Below, in pieces: positions 21,231 through 33,162 of a stretch of DNA of 38,370 bases. Below the pieces are notes generated by a model, which was not told the origin of the DNA, ran no database searches, and saw nothing but the letters and a program-made list of their open reading frames with translations. The position numbers and the translations under genes are program-made. The first letter of the stretch is position 1; every line of letters starts with the position of its first letter. Source of the stretch: Octopus bimaculoides. Its lineage: Eukaryota. The stretch lies in contig NC_068987.1 of NCBI RefSeq assembly GCF_001194135.2, positions 21,402,380 to 21,440,749 of the forward strand, in the 5' to 3' direction.

Positions 21231-23295
21231 TCTCTATATATAAAGATGAGAGTGTGCGTCTATCTGTCTGTCTGTCTGCCTGCGTGAATCCCTAAAGCTC
21301 GAGAACTATACAACCGATTTCATTCAAATTTTACACATAAACTACACATGGTCCATGGAGTGTCATGGACCAAAAAAGGTTTTCAACTTCTTGCCTAATG
21401 CAGCCCGGAGCAATTTTTTACACTGGTTCCCATTTAACAACTTCTGTCCAACTGGGCAGAATCTAACTGCACTTGTGGTCCGCTTTACACACATTTACTT
21501 ACTTTTTTACGAGATAACTTTTCATCATCATCATCACTCTACCACTGCCACTAATAGCTGTTGGGAACCCTTTCAGCCCTGCTTTAGATTCGAACCGTAA
21601 TCTCAAAAACATTGCCTCCTTGCATTTCATTCTCATTTGCTTCCCACGACAAGGAAATGAAACTTACTTCACACACAACACCTAAAATTAATGTCGAGGC
21701 AAACGACAAAATTCGGTTTGCAATTCATAACCACTTTCTCCTTTGCTCTTACCGTTTCTCTCGCCTTGCCTTTACTCTAACAAACCAATACTGATCAAGT
21801 AAATCCCATTCATTGATTCTGCTGAATTTGGTACGTAACCCTTTTCATTTGTAAATTGGATCAATTTTGAGAAATGCACCCGCACGCGTTTCACTAAGGA
21901 TAAAAAGAGCGATTTCTTGCGTGGAATCAAGTACCCTCAACTCCTAATATGCCACAAACCTATTTTTCTTCAGAAACAAAGGGAGGGCTGTGGTGGGGGG
22001 GGGACCTCGAATTTTCTCCCGAAAGTCCGAAGTCCCCCACCACATAAATGACTCCTTTCAACAGAAAATGAAAGATATGGCTACTATTTCTAGCTGCTAC
22101 CACGTAACAGCTGTTTGCGATAACGGCGTGTCCTTTATCGCAAATACCTGTTCAGTGGTAGTAGGACGTGCTAGAAATACCAGCCTAATCGGTTCATAAC
22201 AATGTCTGTTTCATTTTTAATTCGAATTCACACATTTACCATTCAATGACCAGTTCATAATTATCGTACCTGTTGCAACGTTGAAAGTTATCTACATTTA
22301 CAGTGTAATATTAACACTTCAATTAACATGACATCGAAATGACGCGTAAACGGCTCCTTTCCACAGAAAATGAAAGATTTGACTGCTATTTCTAGCACGT
22401 GCTGCTACCACGTAACAGCTATTCGCAAATACCTGTTCAGTGGTAGCAAGACGTGCTAGAAAGACCATCCAAATTGGTTAATGTTTATAAGTACACCTGC
22501 ACGTCAACCACCCCCNNNNNNNNNNNNNNNNNNNNNNNNNNNNNNNNNNNNNNNNNNNNNNNNNNNNNNNNNNNNNNNNNNNNNNNNNNNNNNNNNNNNN
22601 NNNNNNNNNNNNNNNNNNNNNNNNNNNNNNNNNNNNNNNNNNNNNNNNNNNNNNNNNNNNNNNNNNNNNNNNNNNNNNNNNNNNNNNNNNNNNNNNNNNN
22701 NNNNNNNNNNNNNNNNNNNNNNNNNNNNNNNNNNNNNNNNNNNNNNNNNNNNNNNNNNNNNNNNNNNNNNNNNNNNNNNNNNNNNNNNNNNNNNNNNNNN
22801 NNNNNNNNNNNNNNNNNNNNNNNNNNNNNNNNNNNNNNNNNNNNNNNNNNNNNNNNNNNNNNNNNNNNNNNNNNNNNNNNNNNNNNNNNNNTTTTGCTTC
22901 TTGATTAATGCGGACCTGCAGACCTAGCAGCTTACCTTTAACCATTCGTAGACTCAGATGCAGCATGAACGGGGATTTCTGCCCATGAGCACCACTAAAC
23001 AAAACTAAGCAATTCATCCAATTGCTCTTTCATTAACCTTTTCCCTATCCAATCCCATGCTACGATGGTGCTCATGGCTAATGTAAATCACAAGCGTCCA
23101 GAATTTAATTTACTGATGAGTTCTTATTAATTTTTAAAAATTTTACACATGCCTTACTTACGGTCCATGGAGTGTCGTGGACCAAAACAATTTCTAACTT
23201 CTTGCCTAATGCGGACGCAGAGAAATCTTTTACACTGGTTCACTATTATGTGCCAATAGTGAGAGAATAGCATCTATATTGTAATGTCACTAATA
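21231..23295 (+). mobile_element. Helitron-like non-autonomous element (Lep1/HINE-type 5' end)
   Basis: A|TC-TCTATATATAAAG start, (TCTG)n microsatellite, GAACT..AACCGATTT..AAATTT block as in Lep1-type Helitrons; the block is repeated near 23138-23250; many hairpins. No clear hairpin-CTAG 3' end, so the right boundary is uncertain. Confidence 0.55.
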
Positions 23296-23364
23296 TATAT
23301 ATATATATATATATATAACAAAGTAAAGTTGTAAGGTACCGCACGAGTGAAAATATATAACACA

Positions 23365-23803
23365 GAAGGTTTGCAAATGCAATTTTAAAGTTGTTTATTC
23401 ACTTGACCGGTTTCGTTTTTTTTAGAAAAAGATTGTCAAAAGTAAAATGTAAAGTTTTGTATGAGCTTTGTTGTGTTAAGTACTGGTTATCATAAAAGTA
23501 TCAAAATACATATATACATTCTTTGATAGCAGTAAAAAAATGTTAAAAACAGTTTACAAGAAAGTATTTAAGAAAGTATTTAAGAAAGTAATCAGAACGG
23601 GACTCCAAAAAGCATTTTGAGTTCAATAAAAATTATGTTTGTTTGGTAGCATACATATATACTCAGAGAGAGATGTATTTAAGAATTTACAAAGAATTGG
23701 AGAGGAATAATTGACCTGTCTTTCTGACATTTCAGAACCTTTTTCTAAAAAGTGAAACCGGTCAAGTGAATAAACATCTTTAAAATTGCATTTTCAAACC
23801 TTC
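23365..23803. mobile_element. Inverted pair of about 65-bp PLE-type terminal repeats around a 307-bp spacer
   Basis: Arms 23365-23431 and 23739-23803 are reverse complements at roughly 90% identity; both carry GAAACCGGTCAAG. Confidence 0.75.
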
Positions 23804-24773
23804 TTTCATATTTATATATATATATATGTGTATGTGTGTGTGTGTGTGTGTGTGTGTNNNNNNNNNNNNNNNNNNNNNNNNNNNNNNNNNNNNNNNNNNN
23901 NNNNNNNNNNNNNNNNNNNNNNNNNNNNNNNNNNNNNNNNNNNNNNNNNNNNNNNNNNNNNNNNNNNNNNNNNNNNNNNNNNNNNNNNNNNNNNNNNNNN
24001 NNNNNNNNNNNNNNNNNNNNNNNNNNNNNNNNNNNNNNNNNNNNNNNNNNNNNNNNNNNNNNNNNNNNNNNNNNNNNNNNNNNNNNNNNNNNNNNNNNNN
24101 NNNNNNNNNNNNNNNNNNNNNNNNNNNNNNNNNNNNNNNNNNNNNNNNNNNNNNNNNNNNNNNNNNNNNNNNNNNNNNNNNNNNNNNNNNNNNNNNNNNN
24201 NNNNNNNNNNNNNNNNNNNNNNNNNNNNNNNNNNNNNNNNNNNNNNNNNNNNNNNNNNNNNNNNNNNNNNNNNNNNNNNNNNNNNNNNNNNNNNNNNNNN
24301 NNNNNNNNNNNNNNNNNNNNNNNNNNNNNNNNNNNNNNNNNNNNNNNNNNNNNNNNNNNNNNNNNNNNNNNNNNNNNNNNNNNNNNNNNNNNNNNNNNNN
24401 NNNNNNNNNNNNNNNNNNNNNNNNNNNNNNNNNNNNNNNNNNNNNNNNNNNNNNNNNNNNNNNNNNNNNNNNNNNNNNNNNNNNNNNNNNNNNNNNNNNN
24501 NNNNNNNNNNNNNNNNNNNNNNNNNNNNNNNNNNNNNNNNNNNNNNNNNNNNNNNNNNNNNNNNNNNNNNNNNNNNNNNNNNNNNNNNNNNNNNNNNNNN
24601 NNNNNNNNNNNNNNNNNNNNNNNNNNNNNNNNNNNNNNNNNNNNNNNNNNNNNNNNNNNNNNNNNNNNNNNNNNNNNNNNNNNNNNNNNNNNNNNNNNNN
24701 NNNNNNNNNNNNNNNNNNNNNNNNNNNNNNNNNNNNNNNNNNNNNNNNNNNNNNNNNNNNNNNNNNNNNNNNN

Positions 24774-24774
<1 letters not shown>

Positions 24775-24828
<54 letters not shown>

Positions 24829-24850
24829 TCAGACAGATAGACAGATAGGT
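24775..24850. repeat. (GATA)n/(GACA) microsatellite
   Basis: Read directly. Confidence 0.95.
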
Positions 24851-24927
24851 AGAGGGAGAGAGAGAAAGAGTATCCCCCTTCCTATTCACCATTCATTTAT
24901 TTATTTAGTCCTTTACCATTGTATTAG

Positions 24928-24984
24928 AATGGGTTTAAGGATGGTGACCTCTTAAAAAAAAACAGGGGCAGTTTGGTCATCACT
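24928..24984 (+). CDS. Candidate host-gene exon (57 bp, phase 0 to 0)
   Basis: Acceptor cctttaccattgtattag, donor ACT|gtaagt, open frame NGFKDGDLLKKNRGSLVIT, in non-repeat sequence. Confidence 0.35.
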
Positions 24985-25543
24985 GTAAGTCATTTTGCTT
25001 TCTTTCTCTCTTCCCCTTTCGTTTTTTTTTTTTCTTTCTTTTTCCCCTCTTTGAGTTAAATTTAGAATACAAAATGTATTGTCTCCCCTTCCAAACATTC
25101 AATTTTGGAGGGAATTTTTTTTATGAAATGTAGTTCTGTATGAAAAACATTAGTATAATATTTGCAAATTAACAATTCGAAAAATGAATAAATAAAAGAA
25201 AATGAAGAATATATATGTATACGTAAACCTAGAACATCCCAATGCTACACAGAGCCATATACATCTGGACGATGGACAATAATATATCGCTTAATGCCAT
25301 GAAATTCACAGATAACAGGAGTCCCCCTAACATTTAGTTTGTGAGGACCGCTATTGTGTATATGTGTGTGTGTTTGCGCACATGTTTGTGTGTGTGTGCG
25401 CACATGTGTGTATGTGCGTGTGCGTGTGCGTTTGTGTGTGTGTATAAGTGTGTGAGAGAATGCGAATGAGTCCAGCAGTACTTGTTTACGTAACTGGGTA
25501 ATATGGTTACATAATTGATGTCACTATCATGAAACACGTGTAA

Positions 25544-25752
25544 GGCGGCGAGCTGATATAATCGTCACCGCACCTGGAAAAATGTCTAGCGGCATTTCTT
25601 CCAACTTTACGTTCTGAGTTCAAATGCTACCGAGGTCGACTTTTCCTTTCATCCTTGCGGGGTCGATAAAATAAGCACCAGTTGAGCACTGAGGTAATTG
25701 ACTTATACTCTTCCCCCAAATTGTTTGCTGTGTGCCAAAATTGGAAACCAAC
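25544..25752 (+). mobile_element. tRNA-derived SINE (family 2)
   Basis: GGCGGCGAGCTGA..TTCTGAGTTCAAATG..GGGGTCGATAAAATAAGCACCAGTTGAGCACTG. Confidence 0.85.
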
Positions 25753-26575
25753 ATTATGCAATATGTGTACATTGTATAAAAGTTTTAATACCGACTACAT
25801 TTTCTATATGTAGCACGCGGACTCCGCATCCTAGCCTATCTAGATTTATGAAGACCATCTAACCATGTCAAAGATATGAGCGTTAAACTGATCTATCACA
25901 CACACACCCTTTGCTAACGTGTCGCACTTTTGGGTGTATTTTTCGTACTATATATAGATGTGTGTATGTGTGTGTGCGTGTGTGTGTAAATATATGTATG
26001 TATGTATGTATGTATGTGTGTGTGTGTNNNNNNNNNNNNNNNNNNNNNNNNNNNNNNNNNNNNNNNNNNNNNNNNNNNNNNNNNNNNNNNNNNNNNNNNN
26101 NNNNNNNNNNNNNNNNNNNNNNNNNNNNNNNNNNNNNNNNNNNNNNNNNNNNNNNNNNNNNNNNNNNNNNNNNNNNNNNNNNNNNNNNNNNNNNNNNNNN
26201 NNNNNNNNNNNNNNNNNNNNNNNNNNNNNNNNNNNNNNNNNNNNNNNNNNNNNNNNNNNNNNNNNNNNNNNNNNNNNNNNNNNNNNNNNNNNNNNNNNNN
26301 NNNNNNNNNNNNNNNNNNNNNNNNNNNNNNNNNNNNNNNNNNNNNNNNNNNNNNNNNNNNNNNNNNNNNNNNNNNNNNNNNNNNNNNNNNNNNNNNNNNN
26401 NNNNNNNNNNNNNNNNNNGATTTTTTTTTTCTGTTTCCGTAAAAGACATTGTTGATATATTTGTATGTAAACGAGTATAAAAATGCGGGGAGTGGGGAGT
26501 AGTAAGTATCGAATGCACGCAAACATCCACACACATATGCGCACGTACACACAAGCAAACACATACACACACAGA

Positions 26576-26606
<31 letters not shown>

Positions 26607-26630
26607 CTGTGTGTGTATACACATACATAG

Positions 26631-26761
26631 GGAAAGAATGAAGTTACAAAGCGAGGGATAATAGAAGTTATGGAGAAGCATTGGCTGTATATTTATGCAC
26701 AAGGTGTATTTGACATTATTGTTCATGAAATCCAAGACAGAATGTTTACTAAATGCTTACA
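26631..26761 (+). CDS. Candidate host-gene exon (phase 0 start; donor at 26703 or 26761)
   Basis: TAG acceptor after (TG)n; open GKNEVTKRGIIEVMEKHWLYIYAQGVFDIIVHEIQDRMFTKCL; donors AAG|gtgtat (phase 1) and ACA|gtatgt (phase 2). Confidence 0.3.
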
Positions 26762-27040
26762 GTATGTCGGAATTATAGATTGAAGAGCATAAATAGTTGA
26801 GTACTCAGTAAGTAGACTGAGTTTTTTCTATGTTTTACCAGCTCATATATTTCTTTGCTATTTATCTGTCATTCTATATGTCACACGTTTGAATATGGAC
26901 GTATGTAAATATTTATGCACGTAAATATGTACGTATGTATGTATGTATGTAGGTTGTATGTGTGCATGCATGTACGTACGTATGTATGTAGGCCGGTATA
27001 TATGTATTCATTCATGTATGTACGTATGTATGTATGTATG

Positions 27041-27720
27041 TACGGATGTATGCAAGCGTTTGTATGTATGTATGTGTGTATGTGTGTCTGTATGTACACA
27101 TATAAGTATGCGAGTATGTATGCAAGTACACACACACACACGCATATATAAGTATGTGTATGTGTGTATGTGTGTCTGTATGTACACATATAAGTATGCG
27201 AGTATGTATGCAAGTACACACACACACACGCATATNNNNNNNNNNNNNNNNNNNNNNNNNNNNNNNNNNNNNNNNNNNNNNNNNNNNNNNNNNNNNNNNN
27301 NNNNNNTGTATGTATGTACGGATGTATGCAAGCGTTTGTATGTATGTATGTGTGTATGTGTGTCTGTATGTACACATATAAGTATGCGAGTATGTATGCA
27401 AGTACACACACACACACGCATATATAAGTATGTGTATGTGTGTATGTGTGTCTGTATGTACACATATAAGTATGCGAGTATGTATGCAAGTACACACACA
27501 CACACGCATATATAAGTATGTGCATGTGTGTATGTGTGTCTGTATGTACACATATAAGTATGCGAGTATGTATGCAAGTACACACACACACGCATATATA
27601 AGTATGTGTATGTGTGTATGTGTGTCTGTATGTACACATATAAGTATGTGAGTATGTATGCAAGTACACGCACGCACACACACACACACACACACACGCA
27701 TATATAAGTATGTGTATGTA
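27041..27720. repeat. 88-bp minisatellite built from microsatellite motifs (at least 6 units, split by a gap)
   Basis: Marker GTCTG at 27086, 27174 and at 27362, 27450, 27538, 27626 (period 88). Confidence 0.92.
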
Positions 27721-27791
27721 CATGTATGCATGTGTGTATGTATATGTACGCGTGTGTATATACGTGTGTTATTATTTCGTTTTATTTCTAG

Positions 27792-27863
27792 ATTTCTTAC
27801 CAATGGAGAAAGAACCGGTTTCAAAGCGTCATCTAAGACTCATTAGAATATCAACATCAACAG
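27792..27863 (+). CDS. Candidate host-gene exon (72 bp, phase 1 to 1)
   Basis: Strong acceptor ttattatttcgttttatttctag, donor CAG|gtagtt, open frame (D)FLPMEKEPVSKRHLRLIRISTST. Confidence 0.35.
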
Positions 27864-28304
27864 GTAGTTGCGCTTGTATGTGTGCATATGTGCAACTATT
27901 TGCCGTCAGTGCATGTGCAGATCTGTTTTATGTACGCATACTCATGTGTATAGTTATATGTCAAAACGTGTGTGCATACAATTATATAATAAACTTTCTC
28001 AAAGTCTTGCATATTTTGACACTTCCATTGGTTTGTATCTGTAGTCTTTTAAATAGTTTTGACTTTCTGGTTTTGAGAACACTAATTTCTCATGGATCTA
28101 GTTGAGACAGTTGGTTACATAGCTAAGTGCTTCAATTATTACAGGCATAAATCTCGTTGTCCGAGTGAAACATCTGTAAATTTCTCAATAATTCAGCATA
28201 AATACAATATTTTTCGCTGATCTTCAGCTGTACCATGGCATCTGTGGGGCAGCTCACTTCCTCTATAGTACATGGTTTCTCTTTGTCACAAATCACTCTA
28301 TGTA

Positions 28305-28365
28305 TGTAGATATTATGTATGTATGTATGTATGTATGTATGTATGTATGTATGTATGTATGCATG

Positions 28366-28396
<31 letters not shown>

Positions 28397-28880
28397 GTAT
28401 AAGCATGTATGCGTATCTATATTTCTGCAAATATGTTAGTATGTATGCGAGTATGTGCATGTATATATGAATGAATGTATGCATACAGGTATCTATTATT
28501 GCATGAATTACACAAGTATATGTATAAACATGTGTATGAATGAATGGATGGATGGATGGATGGATGGATACGAATATATGTATATGTATATATGAATGAA
28601 TAAATGTATGCATGTATATACTATTGTACGAATTACACAAGTAAGCATGTGTATGTATGTATGTATGTATGTGTGTATGTACGTATGTATGTAGATATGT
28701 GTATATTTTCTATGCATGTATGTATGCCTGTATCTATGCATGTCTGTATGTGCACATGTATGTACGCATATATGTATGCATAAATATATGTATACGTATA
28801 TGAATGAATGAATGAATGAATGAATGAATGAATGAGTGAGTGAGTGAGTGAGTGAATGAATGAATAAATGAATGAATGCA
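28305..28880. repeat. Compound (TATG)n/(TGGA)n/(TGAA)n microsatellite block
   Basis: Read directly. Confidence 0.92.
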
Positions 28881-28885
28881 TACGT

Positions 28886-29110
28886 CTTTTATCTTTTACT
28901 TGTTTCTGTCATTTGACTGCGGCCATGCTGGTGCACCACCTTGAAGGGTGTTAGTCGAACAAATCGACCTCAGGACTTATCCTTTTAAGCTTAGTACTTA
29001 CTCTATCGGTTCTTTTACCGAACCGCTACGTTACGACTATGTAAACACATCAACACCAGTTGTCAAGTGGTGGTGGGGGCGGAGGGGCAAACACAGACAC
29101 AAAGACACAA
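28886..29110 (-). mobile_element. Family 1 SINE tail
   Basis: CTTTTACTTGTTTCTGTCATTTGACTGCGGCCATGCTGG..GTTGTCAAG matches 37998-38190. Confidence 0.85.
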
Positions 29111-29515
29111 TCACATAGATATGTATAGATATACGACGGGCTATATGTATATATACATGCATTCACGAATACATATGCAAGCGTGTATGCATACATATAT
29201 GTATGTACATATGCATATACATATATATGCACACATGTCCTGGCTGGCATTGCATATGTGAATCTTATGATTTGAACTTCATAAATGTTTTTTACATATT
29301 GTTATAATATCTTTGATAGCTTGTTGGTGTAATCATCTGATTAGGCGTGTTGTTTGGTTTTAATAAAGTAGTTAGTCACTTAGTCAAATATTCACAGAGT
29401 TATTGGTAGAATTATAAAGTTATAGTTCGGATAAAGTCATTGTAAATTTCCCATCAGTTTAACATTGATGTTTTTTTTTTTTTTTGATTACTCATTGATA
29501 TTATTATGACATTAT

Positions 29516-31397
29516 TGCGGCGACAGTCACGACACCTCATGCGAGAATAGACTTGACCAAACGACTAGAAAATGTAGCAGTCTGAGTGAGAAACAGAGAA
29601 AGTAGGTGTTAATCGCAAGAAGTCGTAAGGTGTCGTTTTGGTAGTTTGCCGGGATATCGTTTGTTGGTTCTTAGAGAGTTTGTTGGATTGTTACGTTGTT
29701 GTTACCCTGTTTCATTATATATTTTATTGTTACTTCACGGTTATAGTGTTAACAAGTATCGTCATAAATAGTGACGATTCTACAAGAATTGGCGACGAAT
29801 AACTACGTTATAATAATCGGCAACGAGGATTCGAAGCTCACGCAGGTCAGTTAACAAATTTTTATGATACAAAGTTGTTAATGATGGAAGACCTATTAGC
29901 TTCTATAATACAGTTGCAAAAACAGCAAGTAAAACAGGAACAGGAGTTGCAGAAACAACTATTTCAGCAACAAGAAAAACAACATCAGTAAATGGAGCTA
30001 TGTCTTAAGAGACGTCGGAAACATTATAAATTCGTCTTCACCAGACGGCGTATCAAACTCTATAACAGAATCCAGTTATGACTCAGAGGAGGGTATAACG
30101 TTTGCAGCGTAATTTAGAAGGTAGAAAGAAATATTCAGAGAAGATTGCATGTCGCGGATGGACAACGAACAAGTAAGACTATTATTACATAAATTAGCGC
30201 CGGTTGAACATGAAAAATATAGTAATTTCATACTACCCCAAGAAATTGTGAAATTTGTTTCCAGGAAACAGTCCAACTACTATCAAAAATATTCAGTGAT
30301 AAGAGTTCCTTATTTAACACTCGATGGGAGTATTGGAATATTGCTAAAAGAGAAGATGAAGACTTTGTCACTTATGCCGAGACCATAAACCGAGTGTGTG
30401 AAAGGTTTAAATAGAAGGAACTAACTCCTGATATGTTTAAGTGCCCAATTTTGTACAAGGGCTTACGGAAAACAAAGATGCGGTGATACGTGAAACTTGA
30501 ACAAGCGGACCAAAGTTTAACCCTATAGACAGTTGCAGAGGAGTGTCAAAGAATGATATACTTACGTCAGGACGTAAAGAAAATTAAAGAGTTCTCACAA
30601 GTACTAGCATTCCGACCGGGAAGGTATAAACAAAAAAAATGTTAAGACCAAACCATGCTACGGATGTGGAGCCCTACATTTCAAGAAGGATTGTCCTTTC
30701 AAAACACAAAAATGTTACAGTCACCAACTAGTAGGACACAAGAGCTCACATTGTAGAGCAAAGTTAGGAAGGTTGAACATAAAAATTCTAAAGTTTCTCG
30801 ACGGAAAGAAGAAACGACACCAAAAGGAGAAAATTTGTACATATGAAAGTAAACGAAGTGAATATTAAATTACAACTGGATACTAGTAGCGACATCTCGA
30901 TTATTAATACCGACACGTGGATGAGAATTCGGAAACCTACGCTAAGAAAAATATCAAAAATTGCACGAGGCGTGACAGGTGAAAAACTGCACTTCACAGG
31001 AGAAATGTAGAGCGATATCAGATTTCGAGGAAAAACCTGTAGAGCAAAAGGTTTTTTATGGTAAAAAACGTAACCAATCTGTTTGGTACGGACTGGTTGG
31101 AGTTGTTTGACTTATAGGACCTCTGTGCAGTAAAAATATAAATAGCTGTCCCACCAGTGAAAATAACTCAGCCGCTGAATTAAAGAAAAAAATTAAGAAC
31201 TTGTTTCCTGAAGTGCTGTCGGATAAATTAGGTCTTTGTTCTAAGACTGAGGCCTGTTTTCAAATAAAGGAAAACGTCGAACTTTTATTCAGACCTAATA
31301 GAAAGCTACCATTTGCTGCGATAAAGCAGGTAGAAGAATTCGACAGACTGGAGAAATTGAAAATTATTCAAAAAGTAGATTATTCTAAGTGAGCAGC
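29516..31397 (+). mobile_element. Ty3/Gypsy LTR retrotransposon, 5' half (putative LTR, PBS, gag, protease, RT start), decayed
   Basis: Putative LTR TG..CA about 29516-29784; PBS TGGCGACGA at 29790; gag from about 29884 (VRLLLHKL..HEKYSNFILP); knuckle CYGCGALHFKKDC; protease LQLDTSSDISII (D at 30879); RT start FPEV..LFRP..RLEKLKIIQKVDYS. Cut off by a SINE. Confidence 0.88.
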
Positions 31398-31404
31398 ATT
31401 AACT

Positions 31405-31680
31405 CTTTAACTTGTTTCATGACTGTGGCCATGCTGGAGCACCGCCTTTAGTCGAGTAAATCGACCCCAGGACTTATTTTTGGATGCCTAGTACTTATTC
31501 TATCGGTCTCTTTTTGCCGAACCCCTAAGTTACGGGGACGTAAACACACCGGCATCGGTTGTCAAGCGATGTTGGGGGGACAAACACAGACACACATACA
31601 CACAAACAGACATATATATACATATATACGACAGGCTTCTTTCAGTTTCCGTCTACCAAATCCACCCACAAGGCTTTTTC
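31405..31680 (-). mobile_element. Family 1 SINE (tail to CORE, head missing)
   Basis: Near-colinear with 37998-38290. Confidence 0.9.
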
Positions 31681-31689
31681 CCACAAGGC

Positions 31690-32433
31690 TTTTTCCCATG
31701 AAGTTCCCTTCTCGGTTGTGGTTGAACTTTTCTCCTTTTACCAAGCCACTGTTTAAGACGTTTAACATTTCGATAGAAGATCCATTTTTCATCACCAGTC
31801 ACAAGTCTATCCAAAAAGGGTGAAAAGAGTTCGCAAGAATGGAGAGAAGAGAAGATCTCAACTCAGGATTTGCGGTTGCTTTCGGACAATTCATGAGACA
31901 CCCATTTTCCAAGATTAGGAACTTTTCCAAGTCGTTGAAGATGACGATGAACAGTCGTATGGTTTGAACTAAGCTTTATTGTCAATTCTTCAACTGATAA
32001 TGCAGGATTTTCTTCAAGTAATGCCTCAAGGAGCATATTATCAAACTCAACTCGACGTCCTATTCGATCTTCATCTTCAAGGCTGAAATCTCCACTTCTG
32101 AATCTTGCAAACCATCTTCTGCAAGTTCTTTCATTCAAGCATTCTTTCCCATAAACTGAGTGTATGTTTCGAGTCGCTTCGGCTGCATAGTTTCCTTTTT
32201 TGAACTCATAAAGCATTATGTGCTTCAAATGCTCTTTGGATACTTCCATGTTAGAAAGGATTTTAATCAAAGTAATTTTAATTCAATTATTAAGTAAAAT
32301 AATATTTAATTAGTTTAAATGTACACAAGTGCATAAAAATCATTTTTAATTCCATTAGACATTCTAAAATACTATTAAATTTCATTCAATTTTAAAAAAG
32401 GTAAAATTGAACAGAACTTATGGGATGACTTGA
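31690..32433 (-). mobile_element. Mariner (SETMAR-like), 5' half with one TIR
   Basis: TA + TCAAGTCATCCCATAAGTTCTG terminus at 32433; MEVSKEHLKHIMLYEFKKG..RRWFARFRSGDFSLED..GKWVSHEL..FLDRLVTGDEKW. Confidence 0.92.
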
Positions 32434-32975
32434 TATATAATTAAATAGATCTAACGGAAGAAAAAAAACAAAACTGTTTTGTTTATAAAATGAAAAGGCT
32501 CTTATGTCCTCGAAATTATCATTTAGGAGATAATGTAGCTTGTGACATCAATAATAGTTTAAACGGTAAAATTGAATTAATATATAAGTGGAGGTAATTA
32601 TTAATTATTACAGACACACACACACACACATTTATATATAAGATATATTTTTTTCTTTATTCATAGGTAAAATTAACCAGGATATGAATAATTAAGGTAA
32701 AATCTAACTTATCAAAAATTTTAGATTATCATGAATTATCGGAGTAATGGGCATACAAAAACGTATGTATGTATAGAAATGTATAAATGAAGAGATTCAA
32801 ATTAAGGAAGTACAATAATAATGTTTAGTAGTTCAAAACTGTGAGTAGTGAAATGTAGAATTAGGTCGGCTGATCGTGAGAATCAAATATTGATCGCTTC
32901 GCTAAAAACTACAGTTGGTATGGGTTGTTTCCCTTGGATTGTTTAAATAAAATATTAGTAATATGTAGTAGATAG

Positions 32976-33023
32976 GAGGATCCATTGGATGGACCCTATT
33001 ATCGATTTTTTTCAACAATCTAA
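32976..33023 (+). CDS. Candidate host-gene exon (48 bp, phase 1 to 1)
   Basis: TAG acceptor with weak pyrimidine tract, donor TAA|gtatgt, open frame (G)GSIGWTLLSIFFNNL. Confidence 0.15.
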   Translation, partial: EDPLDGPYYRFFSTI

Positions 33024-33126
33024 GTATGTCATGAGGTTTCAAGACATGAGTTCTGCTCACGTGTCAAATAAAGTAAAAAGGTGATATTGTCTGCAAAAAT
33101 TAGAAATTGGACACACAAAAAAGCCA

Positions 33127-33162
<36 letters not shown>

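Noticed and set aside
23110-23135. CTGATGAG as a hammerhead core
   Set aside because: No stem II or GAAA follows.
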